Shown here piece by piece: positions 1-8,597 of a DNA stretch of 64,000 nucleotides; the first letter of the stretch is position 1, and each line of letters starts with the position of its first letter. The DNA lies in assembly GCA_022826745.1 (NCBI GenBank), contig JAJDUI010000014.1:8520-72519 (forward strand). The letters are read 5' to 3'. This DNA is from Thermoanaerobaculia bacterium. GTDB taxonomy: Bacteria > Acidobacteriota > Thermoanaerobaculia > Multivoradales > Multivoraceae. Under the pieces are notes generated by a model. It worked only from the letters and a program-made list of their open reading frames with translations, was not told the DNA's origin and made no database searches. Position numbers and translations under genes: made by a program.

Positions 1-3
1 GCG

Positions 4-1491
4 GTGGCGATCTCGGTGGCCGTGCTGTTCCTCGTGTTCGCGACAGTCGCGACGCTGGGGTTGCTTCCGGCGATCTTCGCGATCGAGAGCGACGCGCTGC
101 GGAGGAACCTCCTGAGCCTGATCGCCTGCTCCGTGACGGCGCTCGCGCTGCTCGTGCAGGTGCTGCTTCGAGCGCCCGTGACCTGGCTGCTCGACCTGGA
201 GGATCTGCTGCGGCTTCCAGTCGGCTTCCGGGACCTGTACGGACTCCGTCTCGTTCTGAGCACCATCGGCTACTGGCTCCCCGTTCTCGGTCCCGGTGCC
301 GTCTACCTCGCCGTCGCAAGATCGGGGGGCGTCGGCGGAGCACCGATCACCCTGCTCTCCATACTGAGCCTGGTCTGGATCTTCGGCCGCGCCGCGGCGA
401 TCCTGTCGCTGCTCGTCGACCGCTCGGTCGAAGGCAAGAGCGGCGCCCTGGCATTGGTCGCGGTCGTCGCCGCGTGCCAGGGGACGTTCATTGTCGGCGC
501 GATGGCCCTCGGCGGGGAGCTCGGTTCCGAAGGAATCACTCGGACGATCGAGGAGTCCGCCCTGCTCGGCGGCCTCGGCTACACACCGCCCGGCCTGGTC
601 GCCGGCATCGTCCACCAACCGGGGCTTTCGACGACGAACCTGGCGAGACTCGGCGGCCTGTTGGTCATTCTGGGGAGTCTGGTCGTACTGGAGAACCGGC
701 TTCTGCTTCGCAGTTATCTGGAGCGTCCCGGCGGCGACCGGCGGGCGGCTTCCGGCAGCCTGCCGGTGGCCCGGCTGCTCCGCAAGGCAGACTGGCTGGC
801 TCCAAAAGGCGTCCTCGCGCTGATCGAGACCGAGTGCCTGCTCCGTCTCAAACCGGCACGTCTGGTCCTCGCAATGGCCCTAGGGACCTCTCTCGTCCTC
901 GTGCCTGCAGTGGGCGGCTTCGCGGTGGGGTTGGTGGCGATCCTCGCCCTCTGTCTGAACGACCTCCGCGTCGGAAAGCAGCCCCCAACCTGCCACGTAT
1001 GGCGGGAGTCGCTCACGCTGCCGTTCCCGGTTCGGCGAATCTTCAGCACACCCGGCCGCGCGATGAACGTTGTCATCCTCTCCGTCATCGTGTTCATCCT
1101 GGGACTCACGCCACTGGACTGGTTCGGTTGGCCGTTCTTCCTGGTCGCCACCTGCCTGATCCTCGCGGGTTTCCTCATGGCCGACGCGACATACGGCCTG
1201 ATTCAGCTCCGCTGGCCCCAACGCAGCAACCAGGGACTCCTCCAGGAGCCTGACGGAGCCAAGCTCGGGGCCGCCGTGGTGGCTGTACACATCTTCGGCC
1301 TTCCGGTCTTCCTCTCCTTTCTGCTCTGGATACTCCTGGAACGCGAGCGCGTGACGCCGCTGACGGCCGGCGTCATCGCCGTCGGCGTACTGCTCCTCGC
1401 AGCCGCGACCGCCTACGCGTCTCGACGAAGACGGATGCGGCTGCTGAAAGCCCGGGGCCGCGAACTCCTCCTCAACGACCCTTCCCACTAG
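4..1491 (+). CDS. Multi-pass membrane protein, probable ABC-2-type exporter permease (5' end probably outside the window)
   Basis: Many hydrophobic helices; lies directly upstream of an ABC ATPase; ORF starts at the window edge. Confidence 0.7.
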   Translation: MAISVAVLFLVFATVATLGLLPAIFAIESDALRRNLLSLIACSVTALALLVQVLLRAPVTWLLDLEDLLRLPVGFRDLYGLRLVLSTIGYWLPVLGPGAVYLAVARSGGVGGAPITLLSILSLVWIFGRAAAILSLLVDRSVEGKSGALALVAVVAACQGTFIVGAMALGGELGSEGITRTIEESALLGGLGYTPPGLVAGIVHQPGLSTTNLARLGGLLVILGSLVVLENRLLLRSYLERPGGDRRAASGSLPVARLLRKADWLAPKGVLALIETECLLRLKPARLVLAMALGTSLVLVPAVGGFAVGLVAILALCLNDLRVGKQPPTCHVWRESLTLPFPVRRIFSTPGRAMNVVILSVIVFILGLTPLDWFGWPFFLVATCLILAGFLMADATYGLIQLRWPQRSNQGLLQEPDGAKLGAAVVAVHIFGLPVFLSFLLWILLERERVTPLTAGVIAVGVLLLAAATAYASRRRRMRLLKARGRELLLNDPSH

Positions 1492-1543
1492 ACCCCTGCC
1501 CCACACCCCCCCTGCCCCTACAACCACAAGGAACACCTCACGG

Positions 1544-2332
1544 ATGGAAGAAGCAATCAAGGCAGAGAACCTGACCCGGTCGTACGGGGGCAACGTCGTC
1601 GTCGACGGCGTCGATCTGGACGTCCGGGAGGGGCAGATTCTGGGTTTCGTCGGCCCCAACGGGGCCGGAAAGACGACGACCTGGTCGATGCTGACCGGGG
1701 TCTTGCGGCCGACGAAGGGCACGGTGCGGCTGCTCGGCAAGCCGATGGACATCGACGACACCGAGCTCAAGCAGCAACTCGGCATCGTGCCCGACCACAG
1801 CGTGATGTTCGAGAGCCTGACCGGCGAGGAACTGCTGCTGTCGTATGCCCGCATCTACGGCCTCGGCCGTGAGGACGCCGGCCAGCGGACCGACGAGGCG
1901 CTCGCCGTGTTCGACCTCGAGGACGCCGCCAGGCGCCCGATCACGACCTACTCCCACGGCATGAGGAAGAAGATCCGCCTTGCCGCGGCGACCCTTCACG
2001 CACCGCGAATCCTGTTCCTCGACGAGCCGTTCGAGGGAATGGACGCCCTGAGCGCCCGCACCGTCATGTCGATCCTGCAGCAGATGGCCGAGCAGGGAGC
2101 AGCCATCTTCCTCACTTCCCACATGCTCGACTACGTCGAGCGCGTGTCGACCCACATCGCCGTCATCAGGGACGGCAAGGTCCTTCTTTCGTGCTCACGC
2201 GAGGAGTTCCGCGAACTGCCCGCCGCCGAAGGGGAAGACGGCGCCGGGCGACTCGAGAACCTCATTCTCAGTATCTCCAGGCGTGAGAGGTTCTCCCGCC
2301 TCTCCTGGATCGGCAACAGGAGCACGACATGA
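1544..2332 (+). CDS. ABC transporter ATP-binding protein
   Basis: Walker A GPNGAGKTT, signature YSHGMRKK, Walker B LFLDEP, H-loop TSH. Confidence 0.95.
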   Translation: MEEAIKAENLTRSYGGNVVVDGVDLDVREGQILGFVGPNGAGKTTTWSMLTGVLRPTKGTVRLLGKPMDIDDTELKQQLGIVPDHSVMFESLTGEELLLSYARIYGLGREDAGQRTDEALAVFDLEDAARRPITTYSHGMRKKIRLAAATLHAPRILFLDEPFEGMDALSARTVMSILQQMAEQGAAIFLTSHMLDYVERVSTHIAVIRDGKVLLSCSREEFRELPAAEGEDGAGRLENLILSISRRERFSRLSWIGNRSTT

Positions 2333-3108
2333 CCGAGTACCAAGGCAGCATCAACGGCGAACGCAACGCCGAAACCGGCGGCAACCACTCACAGGGCCGG
2401 AACGCCTGGCTCACGGCGCTGCTCGGGCTCTTCGCGTCGCCGCGGCAGAGCTTCGAGATCATCCGGAACCGCAACCCATGGCTCGCAACGCTGCTCCTGG
2501 TCCTGGCTGGAAACGCCGCCCTGGCCCTGGCCTCGGCGCCGCTGGGCCTCCAGGCCATGCGTGCCCAACTGACGGAGCGGATGCCGGGCAGCCCGGACCA
2601 GGTCGACGCCATGATGGCGCAGTTCGAACAGGCAGCCGCGGCAGGGCGCTGGGTGGCGATGGTCACCGGTCCCCTCTCCGTGGCCGTCGGACTCGCGATT
2701 CAGACCGTGCTCGTGTGGCTCCTGGCGGTCGCCCTCCAGGGACGGCTCCGATTCGTCCAGTCCCTCGCCCTGATGATCCACCTGGCCGTGATCACTCATC
2801 TCCAGAGCTGGGCCAACTTCCTTCTCATTCACCTCCGCGGCACCGACGCGATCCGATCGCAAATGGACCTCCGGGCGCCGATGGGACTCGACCTGCTGCT
2901 GGCCGGCGACAACGCGACGCTCAACGCCGTCTACGCGAGCATCAACCCGTTCACGATCTGGTTTCTCGCGCTGCTCGCGCTGGGCGCCGCCGCGGTGTTC
3001 GAGGTTCCGCAGCGCAAGGCATGGCTGCTGGCCGCCATCTACTGGGCAGCGACGACGGCCTTCACCGCCGTGGCGGCCGGTCTCTTTGCCCGGCTCACGC
3101 CGAGCTGA
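2329..3108 (+). CDS. Yip1-family membrane protein
   Basis: N-terminal LFASPRQSFE..R..PW pattern, several TM helices, C-terminal SINPFTIW; ATGA overlap with the ATPase stop. Confidence 0.8.
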   Translation: MTEYQGSINGERNAETGGNHSQGRNAWLTALLGLFASPRQSFEIIRNRNPWLATLLLVLAGNAALALASAPLGLQAMRAQLTERMPGSPDQVDAMMAQFEQAAAAGRWVAMVTGPLSVAVGLAIQTVLVWLLAVALQGRLRFVQSLALMIHLAVITHLQSWANFLLIHLRGTDAIRSQMDLRAPMGLDLLLAGDNATLNAVYASINPFTIWFLALLALGAAAVFEVPQRKAWLLAAIYWAATTAFTAVAAGLFARLTPS

Positions 3109-3153
3109 CCGGGGCGAGTCTCCGGTTCGATCACGAGTCGATACAGTCCCCTC

Positions 3154-3852
3154 ATGGGCGAAGAACCGGAGGCGAGCCGCCACCTCTGGTTCAAGGCCCT
3201 GATCTGGATCTTCGCCGCTCCGCGGAAGAGCTTCCTCGTCATCCGCGAGCACCACCCGTGGGTCGCCGGCCTGGCCGTGGGCAGCTTCCTGATCGTCCTG
3301 GCCTTTCTGCTGAGTGCACGGTGGTTCGGCGATGCCATGGGCAGCATCGGCGAGCCCCTCGAGATTCCCTACGGGATGGTCTCGTTCGTCTTGGCGGCCG
3401 TCCCGCTCGCGCTCCTGTTCGAGGCCGTCGTGCTTCGGCTGCTGGCGGCGGCCATGAAGGGTCGGGCGCGGTTCGAGCAGTGCGTGTCGCTGGCGCTGCA
3501 TGTCGGCCTCGTCGGCGCCGTCGGAGTGGTCGTCCGCTCGCTGTTGAGAACCACCCAGGTCGACAGCCTCCTCGAGCTGCAGCGGAGCGTCCTCCACAGG
3601 AAACCGGATTCCGGCCTCGACGTGATCGGGCAGGTAGCCGAAATGGCGCCCGGCACGATTCTCGACCTGATGATCCACTCCTTCGTCTTCATATGGTCCT
3701 TCCTCCTGCTCGGCCTGGGCGCCGCCGCGGTGTTCCGGCTGTCCCTACCAGCCGGGTTCGCCATCGCCGCGATCAACTGGGTGGCAGGAAAAGTGCTGGA
3801 GATCGGTCTGGCGGGCCTGATGATCGCGGCGGTGACGGCATCCTTCCCCTGA
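3154..3852 (+). CDS. Yip1-family membrane protein (paralog)
   Basis: IFAAPRKSFLVIREHHPW pattern and TM layout similar to the upstream gene. Confidence 0.75.
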   Translation: MGEEPEASRHLWFKALIWIFAAPRKSFLVIREHHPWVAGLAVGSFLIVLAFLLSARWFGDAMGSIGEPLEIPYGMVSFVLAAVPLALLFEAVVLRLLAAAMKGRARFEQCVSLALHVGLVGAVGVVVRSLLRTTQVDSLLELQRSVLHRKPDSGLDVIGQVAEMAPGTILDLMIHSFVFIWSFLLLGLGAAAVFRLSLPAGFAIAAINWVAGKVLEIGLAGLMIAAVTASFP

Positions 3853-3924
3853 CCGCGACGCGGCCAGGCGGCAGTTTCGCCTCAGCGTTCGTCTCCGCCT
3901 CCGCCCCACAGGTGGCCGGGTCGT

Positions 3925-3953
3925 TTGACGGACAATCGACCGCACGGTAGCTT
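3925..3953 (+). promoter_or_regulatory. Sigma70-type promoter for the candidate ncRNA
   Basis: TTGACG (3925-3930), 17-nt spacer, TAGCTT (3948-3953); predicted +1 at about G3960. Confidence 0.7.
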
Positions 3954-3959
3954 CTCGCC

Positions 3960-4094
3960 GTTGGTTGTCGTCGCGCCGTGGGCCTGCGAGCCGGGTCTCC
4001 TGCCGAATACAACAGTCGACACCAGGCGCCGGGTCGCTCCCGGCGCTCGGCGAATAGGCAGGGCGTTTCGTGCCCACTGTGCATGACGACCAAC
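3960..4094 (+). ncRNA. Candidate rod-shaped small RNA (possibly a compact 6S-like RNA)
   Basis: 5' end 3960-3983 pairs with 3' end 4072-4094 using three G-U wobbles that work only on the + strand; inner CCTGCC/GGCAGG helix; A-rich bubble GAATACAACA/GAATA; apical hairpin; predicted TSS equals the first paired base. Confidence 0.6.
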
Positions 4095-4139
4095 AAGGCC
4101 CGGCGCCAACCCTCGCTGCCTGCCCCAACCGCGGCATGC

Positions 4140-4148
4140 TGGTATAAC
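4140..4148 (+). promoter_or_regulatory. Extended -10 promoter (TGgTATAAC)
   Basis: TG-G-TATAAC about 36 nt upstream of ATG 4185, which has an AGGGGAG SD. Confidence 0.5.
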
Positions 4149-4184
4149 GATGGCACCAACCGGCTATCGATGAGGGGAGAAACC

Positions 4185-5285
4185 ATGCCGAGCAAAGTGA
4201 CTCTCGTTGCCGCCGCTGCCGCCGCCATTGTCTTCCTCGCGGTACCCGCCGCGCCTGCCGGCGACGACGACGCGATCCCGCGCACGGCCTCCGGCCGTCC
4301 CGACCTGACCGGCGACTACGACATCTCCACGCTGACCCCGCTCCAGCGACCTCAGGAATTCGGCGACAACCTGTACCTGACGCGCGAGCAGGCGGAAGAG
4401 ATCGTCGAACGGGAGCGCCAGCGCGTAGCGGCACGCGCCGCCGTCCGCCAGATCGACGAACCGCCCCCGCCCGGCGGCGCGCCGCCCATCGGCCTCGGCG
4501 ACGAGTTCCGGGAGACGAGCGGCGCCGGCAACGTCGGCGGCTACAACAACTTCTGGACCGATCGCGGCAGCGACGTGTTCTCCATAGACGGCAGGTTCCG
4601 GACCTCGATCATCGTCGACCCGCCGAACGGTCGAATGCCGCAACTGACCGCCGAGACGCTGCAGCGGATGTCCGAGCGGCGCGGTCGCCGGCGCGGCAAC
4701 GACGGCACCGCCTGGTGGCTCGAGGTCGAGGGCCCCGGTCCGTACGACGGCCCGGAGAACCTGGGCGTGCCCGAACGTTGCCTGATCGGTTTCGGCTCCA
4801 CCGGCGGACCGCCGATGCTGCCCGTGCTCTACAACAACGCCAAGCGGATCGTGCAGACCGAAGACCACTTGATGATCCTGGTCGAGATGGTGCACGACGC
4901 GCGCATCGTCCGCATCGGCGGCGAGCACATTCCGGAGGACGAACGCCGCTGGCTCGGCGACTCGATCGGCTGGTGGGAGGGCGACACGCTCGTGGTCGAG
5001 ACGACGAACTTCATCGACCGCCCTGCGCTCTTCCTGGCCTCACGGAACCTCAAGGTGACCGAACGCTTCACCCGGGTCAACGCGGACGACCTGCTCTACG
5101 CGTTCACGGTGGAGGATCCGACCGTTTGGAGCGCGCCCTGGAGCGGCGAGTACCTGTGGCCCGGTACGCCCGCCAAGGTCTACGAGTACGCCTGCCACGA
5201 GGGGAACTACGCCATGGGCAACATCCTCAGGGGCGCGCGGCTGCTCGAGGACGAGACGCGCAGCGCGGCCAGCGGCGGCCAGTAG
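4185..5285 (+). CDS. Secreted hypothetical protein of the family usually found beside DUF6152
   Basis: Signal peptide MPSKVTLVAAAAAAIVFLAVPA; motifs PRTASGRPDLTG, GDSIGWWEGDTLVVETTNF, YEYACHEGN; SD supports 4185 rather than 3978. Confidence 0.85.
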   Translation: MPSKVTLVAAAAAAIVFLAVPAAPAGDDDAIPRTASGRPDLTGDYDISTLTPLQRPQEFGDNLYLTREQAEEIVERERQRVAARAAVRQIDEPPPPGGAPPIGLGDEFRETSGAGNVGGYNNFWTDRGSDVFSIDGRFRTSIIVDPPNGRMPQLTAETLQRMSERRGRRRGNDGTAWWLEVEGPGPYDGPENLGVPERCLIGFGSTGGPPMLPVLYNNAKRIVQTEDHLMILVEMVHDARIVRIGGEHIPEDERRWLGDSIGWWEGDTLVVETTNFIDRPALFLASRNLKVTERFTRVNADDLLYAFTVEDPTVWSAPWSGEYLWPGTPAKVYEYACHEGNYAMGNILRGARLLEDETRSAASGGQ

Positions 5286-5305
5286 CTCCCGAGCCGCTCC
5301 GTCCG

Positions 5306-5731
5306 CTACTGCTCAGTCGGATCCCGGCCGTCGCGCGGCGCGCCCGTGCCGGAGGAACCCATGAACAGCTTGCGGCCGTCCGGGAAGGTCAGGTCGCGGC
5401 CGTTCGCCTTGTTCGAGCCGTCCTTCGCCTGGTAGCCGTCGACGACGATCTCGGTCCCCGGCAGGAGCGATCTCTTCGTGAAGCCGCGCCTGGCGAGCGT
5501 GTTCGGCGTACCGCCTTCGACCATCCAGACGGTCGACGAGCCATCGTCGTTCATCACCTCCAGGTGAATCCAGGCGTGGGGATTGATCCACTCCATCTTC
5601 GTCACCTTGCCGCGAAGCTGGAGCGGCCTGTCGGCGTCGAACTCGGCCGAAAAGGCGTGATGAGCGGCGAGCGGAATGGCGAGCACCAGGGCGAGGCCTG
5701 CTGCCAGTAGGACGATTCGCTGGAACTTCAT
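5306..5731 (-). CDS. DUF6152-family secreted protein
   Basis: Signal peptide then AHHAFSAEFD ... MEWINPH ... W.VEGG.PN.L.RRG; SD AGGAGAGGAG. Confidence 0.85.
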   Translation of the reverse strand: MKFQRIVLLAAGLALVLAIPLAAHHAFSAEFDADRPLQLRGKVTKMEWINPHAWIHLEVMNDDGSSTVWMVEGGTPNTLARRGFTKRSLLPGTEIVVDGYQAKDGSNKANGRDLTFPDGRKLFMGSSGTGAPRDGRDPTEQ

Positions 5732-5760
5732 CGCGGTTCTCCTCTCCTTGGCGGTATCCG

Positions 5761-6585
5761 TCAGGGACCCGAGCCGGCGCCCTTGCGCAGGTGGCCGTAC
5801 ATCAGCTCCTCGGCGAACTCGACGCACTTGAACTCGAGCAACTGCATGTTCGGGTCGACTCTGCGGTAGAGCGGCAGGCTGATCGTCCAGGGCTGGCTGT
5901 AGACGTTCTCGTCGGTGATCGTCGCCTCGTACTGGAGGTGATACGGGCTCATCGCGGTCCAGCGCTCCTCGACGTGGATAGCGTCCGTGTGGTGGTTGCC
6001 GCTCGAGTCGAGCCAGGTGTCGGGCACCTGGCTCGTCACGTCGACGACCAGCGTCTCACCTTCCCAGCGACCGATCGAGTGTCCCATCCAGGTATCGAAC
6101 GGCGCCTCGAAGCCCTCGCGGTCCATGTAGATCACGCGGCTGGCGCTGGCGAACTCGTAGGCGATCAGCACGTGATCGGGCGTCTGAACGATCTGGAACG
6201 GAAACGGCATGTAGTTGGCGCGCGGGATGCCCGGCATGTAGCACTTCACCGCCGGATCGAGCGCCAGCCAGTTCTCGCGGTTCTGATCGCGCTTTTCCAG
6301 GGCCTCCGGCAGGTACGGGATCCTGCCCCCTTCAACGATGCCGAGACCGCCGGGTATCGCGCCCAGGGCGGCCATCTCGACCACCGGGCCGTGGCGTGCG
6401 GCGTGCGGTTCGATGTCCCAGTGGGCCGCGCCCAGCGCCTGCCAGATCCCGTTGAGATCCGGCCTGTCGTCGTGGGTGCGCGGCGCCCTGTAATCGCTGT
6501 CCTGCGCCGCCGCGGGCGCCGCCGCGAGCACGAACGCCGCAAGCAGCGTCAACACCGCCCGTTCCGTGAGACTCCGCTTCATCAC
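5761..6585 (-). CDS. Secreted hypothetical protein, paralog of 4185-5285
   Basis: Signal peptide; PRT..RPDLNGIWQ, CYMPGIPR, GHSIGRWEGETLVVD, LEFKCVE; SD GGAGGAGG. Confidence 0.85.
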   Translation of the reverse strand: MMKRSLTERAVLTLLAAFVLAAAPAAAQDSDYRAPRTHDDRPDLNGIWQALGAAHWDIEPHAARHGPVVEMAALGAIPGGLGIVEGGRIPYLPEALEKRDQNRENWLALDPAVKCYMPGIPRANYMPFPFQIVQTPDHVLIAYEFASASRVIYMDREGFEAPFDTWMGHSIGRWEGETLVVDVTSQVPDTWLDSSGNHHTDAIHVEERWTAMSPYHLQYEATITDENVYSQPWTISLPLYRRVDPNMQLLEFKCVEFAEELMYGHLRKGAGSGP

Positions 6586-6700
6586 AATCTGCCTCCTCCG
6601 ATGAGGGCCTGCTCTGGTCGCGAACGGTGAGGATAGCAGTCCGTTCGCCGGGTTCCGCCGCGACGCGGAAACGAACGGCTGGCGCTAACATGAGTCTCCG

Positions 6701-8593
6701 TTGACCGGTTCCGCACGCCACCGCCGGCCGCCGAGGCTGCTGGTCGCCACCGCCGCCATGGCGCTCACGGCCGCGTCCCACTTCGCGGGTCCAACCGGGG
6801 CCAACGGGCAGGACCGTCGGCCGCAGCAGGGGCAGATTCGAGAGGACATCGTGCTCCGCGAGTCGATCGACGTTCGGCTGATCAGTCTCGACGCCGTCGT
6901 CACCGACTCCTCCGACCGGCCGGTCACCGGCCTGACCAAGGACGACTTCGAACTCAAGGTCCAGGACGAACCCGTCGAGATACTGAGCGTGGCGGCCGGA
7001 GAAGACCTCCGCACCACCGTCACCGGGCGCCTGACGATTCTCCTGTTCATCGACGAGCGCCACCTGCAACGGAAGCACCGCGACGCGGCCCTGGCCGAGA
7101 TCGCCGGCGCCCTCGACGAGGAGATCGCAGCCAACCCGACCTGGGTGGCGGCCGCGGCGTTCGGTGAGCGTCTCGAACCGCTGCTGTCGCCGACCCGCGA
7201 CCGCGCGGCGGTACGGACAACGATCGAAGCCGCGATGAACCGGGACATCCCGTCGACGACCCTGCGCACCCACCAGCGCTCCGTTTCCCTGGCCATGAGG
7301 GAGACGCTGCGGCTGATGGCGGCCAGGGGCAGCCGCTACCGACTAGGCGAGGCTTCCCTCGCCAGCGTCGAGGCGAACCTCCGGAACTTCGGCGAGGCCC
7401 TGCGTCAGGACACCCTGCTGACCGTCAGCGCGGTGCGCTCGCTGGTCGAGGCGCTGGCCTTCGTCCCCGGCCGCAAGGCGATCCTGTTCGTGAGCGACGG
7501 CCTGCCCCGCCACCCCCTCGACAGCGCCGCCAAGACGATGTACGACCGCCTCGCGGGCGCCTCCCGGCAACTCGAGGGCGACGAGATGATCAGCGCGCCC
7601 GGCTCGCTCGACCTGAACGATCGCAACCACCGGCCCTTCGGCGTCGACCGGGCCGACCGCATGGGCATGGCCACGAACATCGTCCAGGTCGACGACGGCG
7701 GCGCGTTCGCCTTCCAGACGATGGCCGCCGAGCTGAGCTGCGCGGACGCCTTCGATCAACTGGCGGCACTCGCGAACACCCACCGGGTCACCTTCTACCC
7801 GCTTAAGCCGCCGGTCATCGACCCGGCGATCAGCGAGCTCGGCGAGAGCGCCAAGGACCGCGGCTCGATCGTCGAGCTGTCGAACGTGCGAAGCGGCCTG
7901 AACAGCCTGGCCGGCCTGACCGGCGGCCTCTCCTTCGTCTCCGATACCGGCGTTGCCGAGTTCCTGCAGTCGACCCGCACCGACATCTCGACCTACTACT
8001 CGCTCTCTTTCACGCCGCCCGACTCGCTGGGCGACACCGGCATTCGAGAGATCACGCTCCGGCTGCGGCAACGGCCTCTCGCCCGGAGCGGCTCGCTCCG
8101 CTACCGGGCGAGCTACGCGCCGGTGACGATCCAGCAGAACCTGGCCAGCCGAGCCTGGGGAACGCTGCTGTTCGGCTGGGAGGAGAACAACCACGGCATG
8201 GAGGTCCAGGTCAGGAGGTCCGCGTCGCGCGAGCGGCCGGAGCAACCCGGGCACACGCCGTTGGAAGTCAGGGCCAGTCTGCCGATCGGCGACCTTGAAC
8301 TCGCGCCTGTCCGGGCGACGCGCAACCCGGTCGCCAGCGGCTTCTTCCGCGTGGTGGTCCAGGTCCAGCGCGAAGACGGCAGCCGGATGCCTCCCCAGCA
8401 CTTCGACTTCGAGCTGAACGTGCCGGTCGCAGAACTCGAGCAGGCGGCAGGCCAGTACATCGCCGTCCGCAGCGAAGTCGTCCTGCCGCCGGGCTCCTAC
8501 CGGCTGGCGGTCGGCATCTGGGAGGAGAACAGCGGCCGCTCGTCCTTCGTGGTCCGGGAGCTGGCGGTGCAGGCCGACCCAAGCGTCGCCTGA
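6701..8593 (+). CDS. VWA-domain (VWFA-related, Acidobacterial type) secreted protein; start uncertain
   Basis: VRLISLDAVVTD..DRPVTGLTKDDFEL, PGRKAILFVSDG, LAGLTGG, YYSLSF motifs. Confidence 0.85.
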   Translation: MTGSARHRRPPRLLVATAAMALTAASHFAGPTGANGQDRRPQQGQIREDIVLRESIDVRLISLDAVVTDSSDRPVTGLTKDDFELKVQDEPVEILSVAAGEDLRTTVTGRLTILLFIDERHLQRKHRDAALAEIAGALDEEIAANPTWVAAAAFGERLEPLLSPTRDRAAVRTTIEAAMNRDIPSTTLRTHQRSVSLAMRETLRLMAARGSRYRLGEASLASVEANLRNFGEALRQDTLLTVSAVRSLVEALAFVPGRKAILFVSDGLPRHPLDSAAKTMYDRLAGASRQLEGDEMISAPGSLDLNDRNHRPFGVDRADRMGMATNIVQVDDGGAFAFQTMAAELSCADAFDQLAALANTHRVTFYPLKPPVIDPAISELGESAKDRGSIVELSNVRSGLNSLAGLTGGLSFVSDTGVAEFLQSTRTDISTYYSLSFTPPDSLGDTGIREITLRLRQRPLARSGSLRYRASYAPVTIQQNLASRAWGTLLFGWEENNHGMEVQVRRSASRERPEQPGHTPLEVRASLPIGDLELAPVRATRNPVASGFFRVVVQVQREDGSRMPPQHFDFELNVPVAELEQAAGQYIAVRSEVVLPPGSYRLAVGIWEENSGRSSFVVRELAVQADPSVA

Positions 8594-8597
8594 CGCG

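Noticed and set aside
1492-1543. Very C-rich intergenic tract (G-quadruplex-like on the minus strand)
   Set aside because: Single short low-complexity spacer with no other support
3960-4094. Candidate ncRNA as SRP RNA or tRNA
   Set aside because: Lacks the SRP domain IV CAGG..GGAA..AGCAG motif and has no cloverleaf or T-loop
6640-6682. Nested palindrome in the divergent promoter region (CCGTTCG...CGAACGG)
   Set aside because: Single copy with short stems, plausible by chance at this GC content
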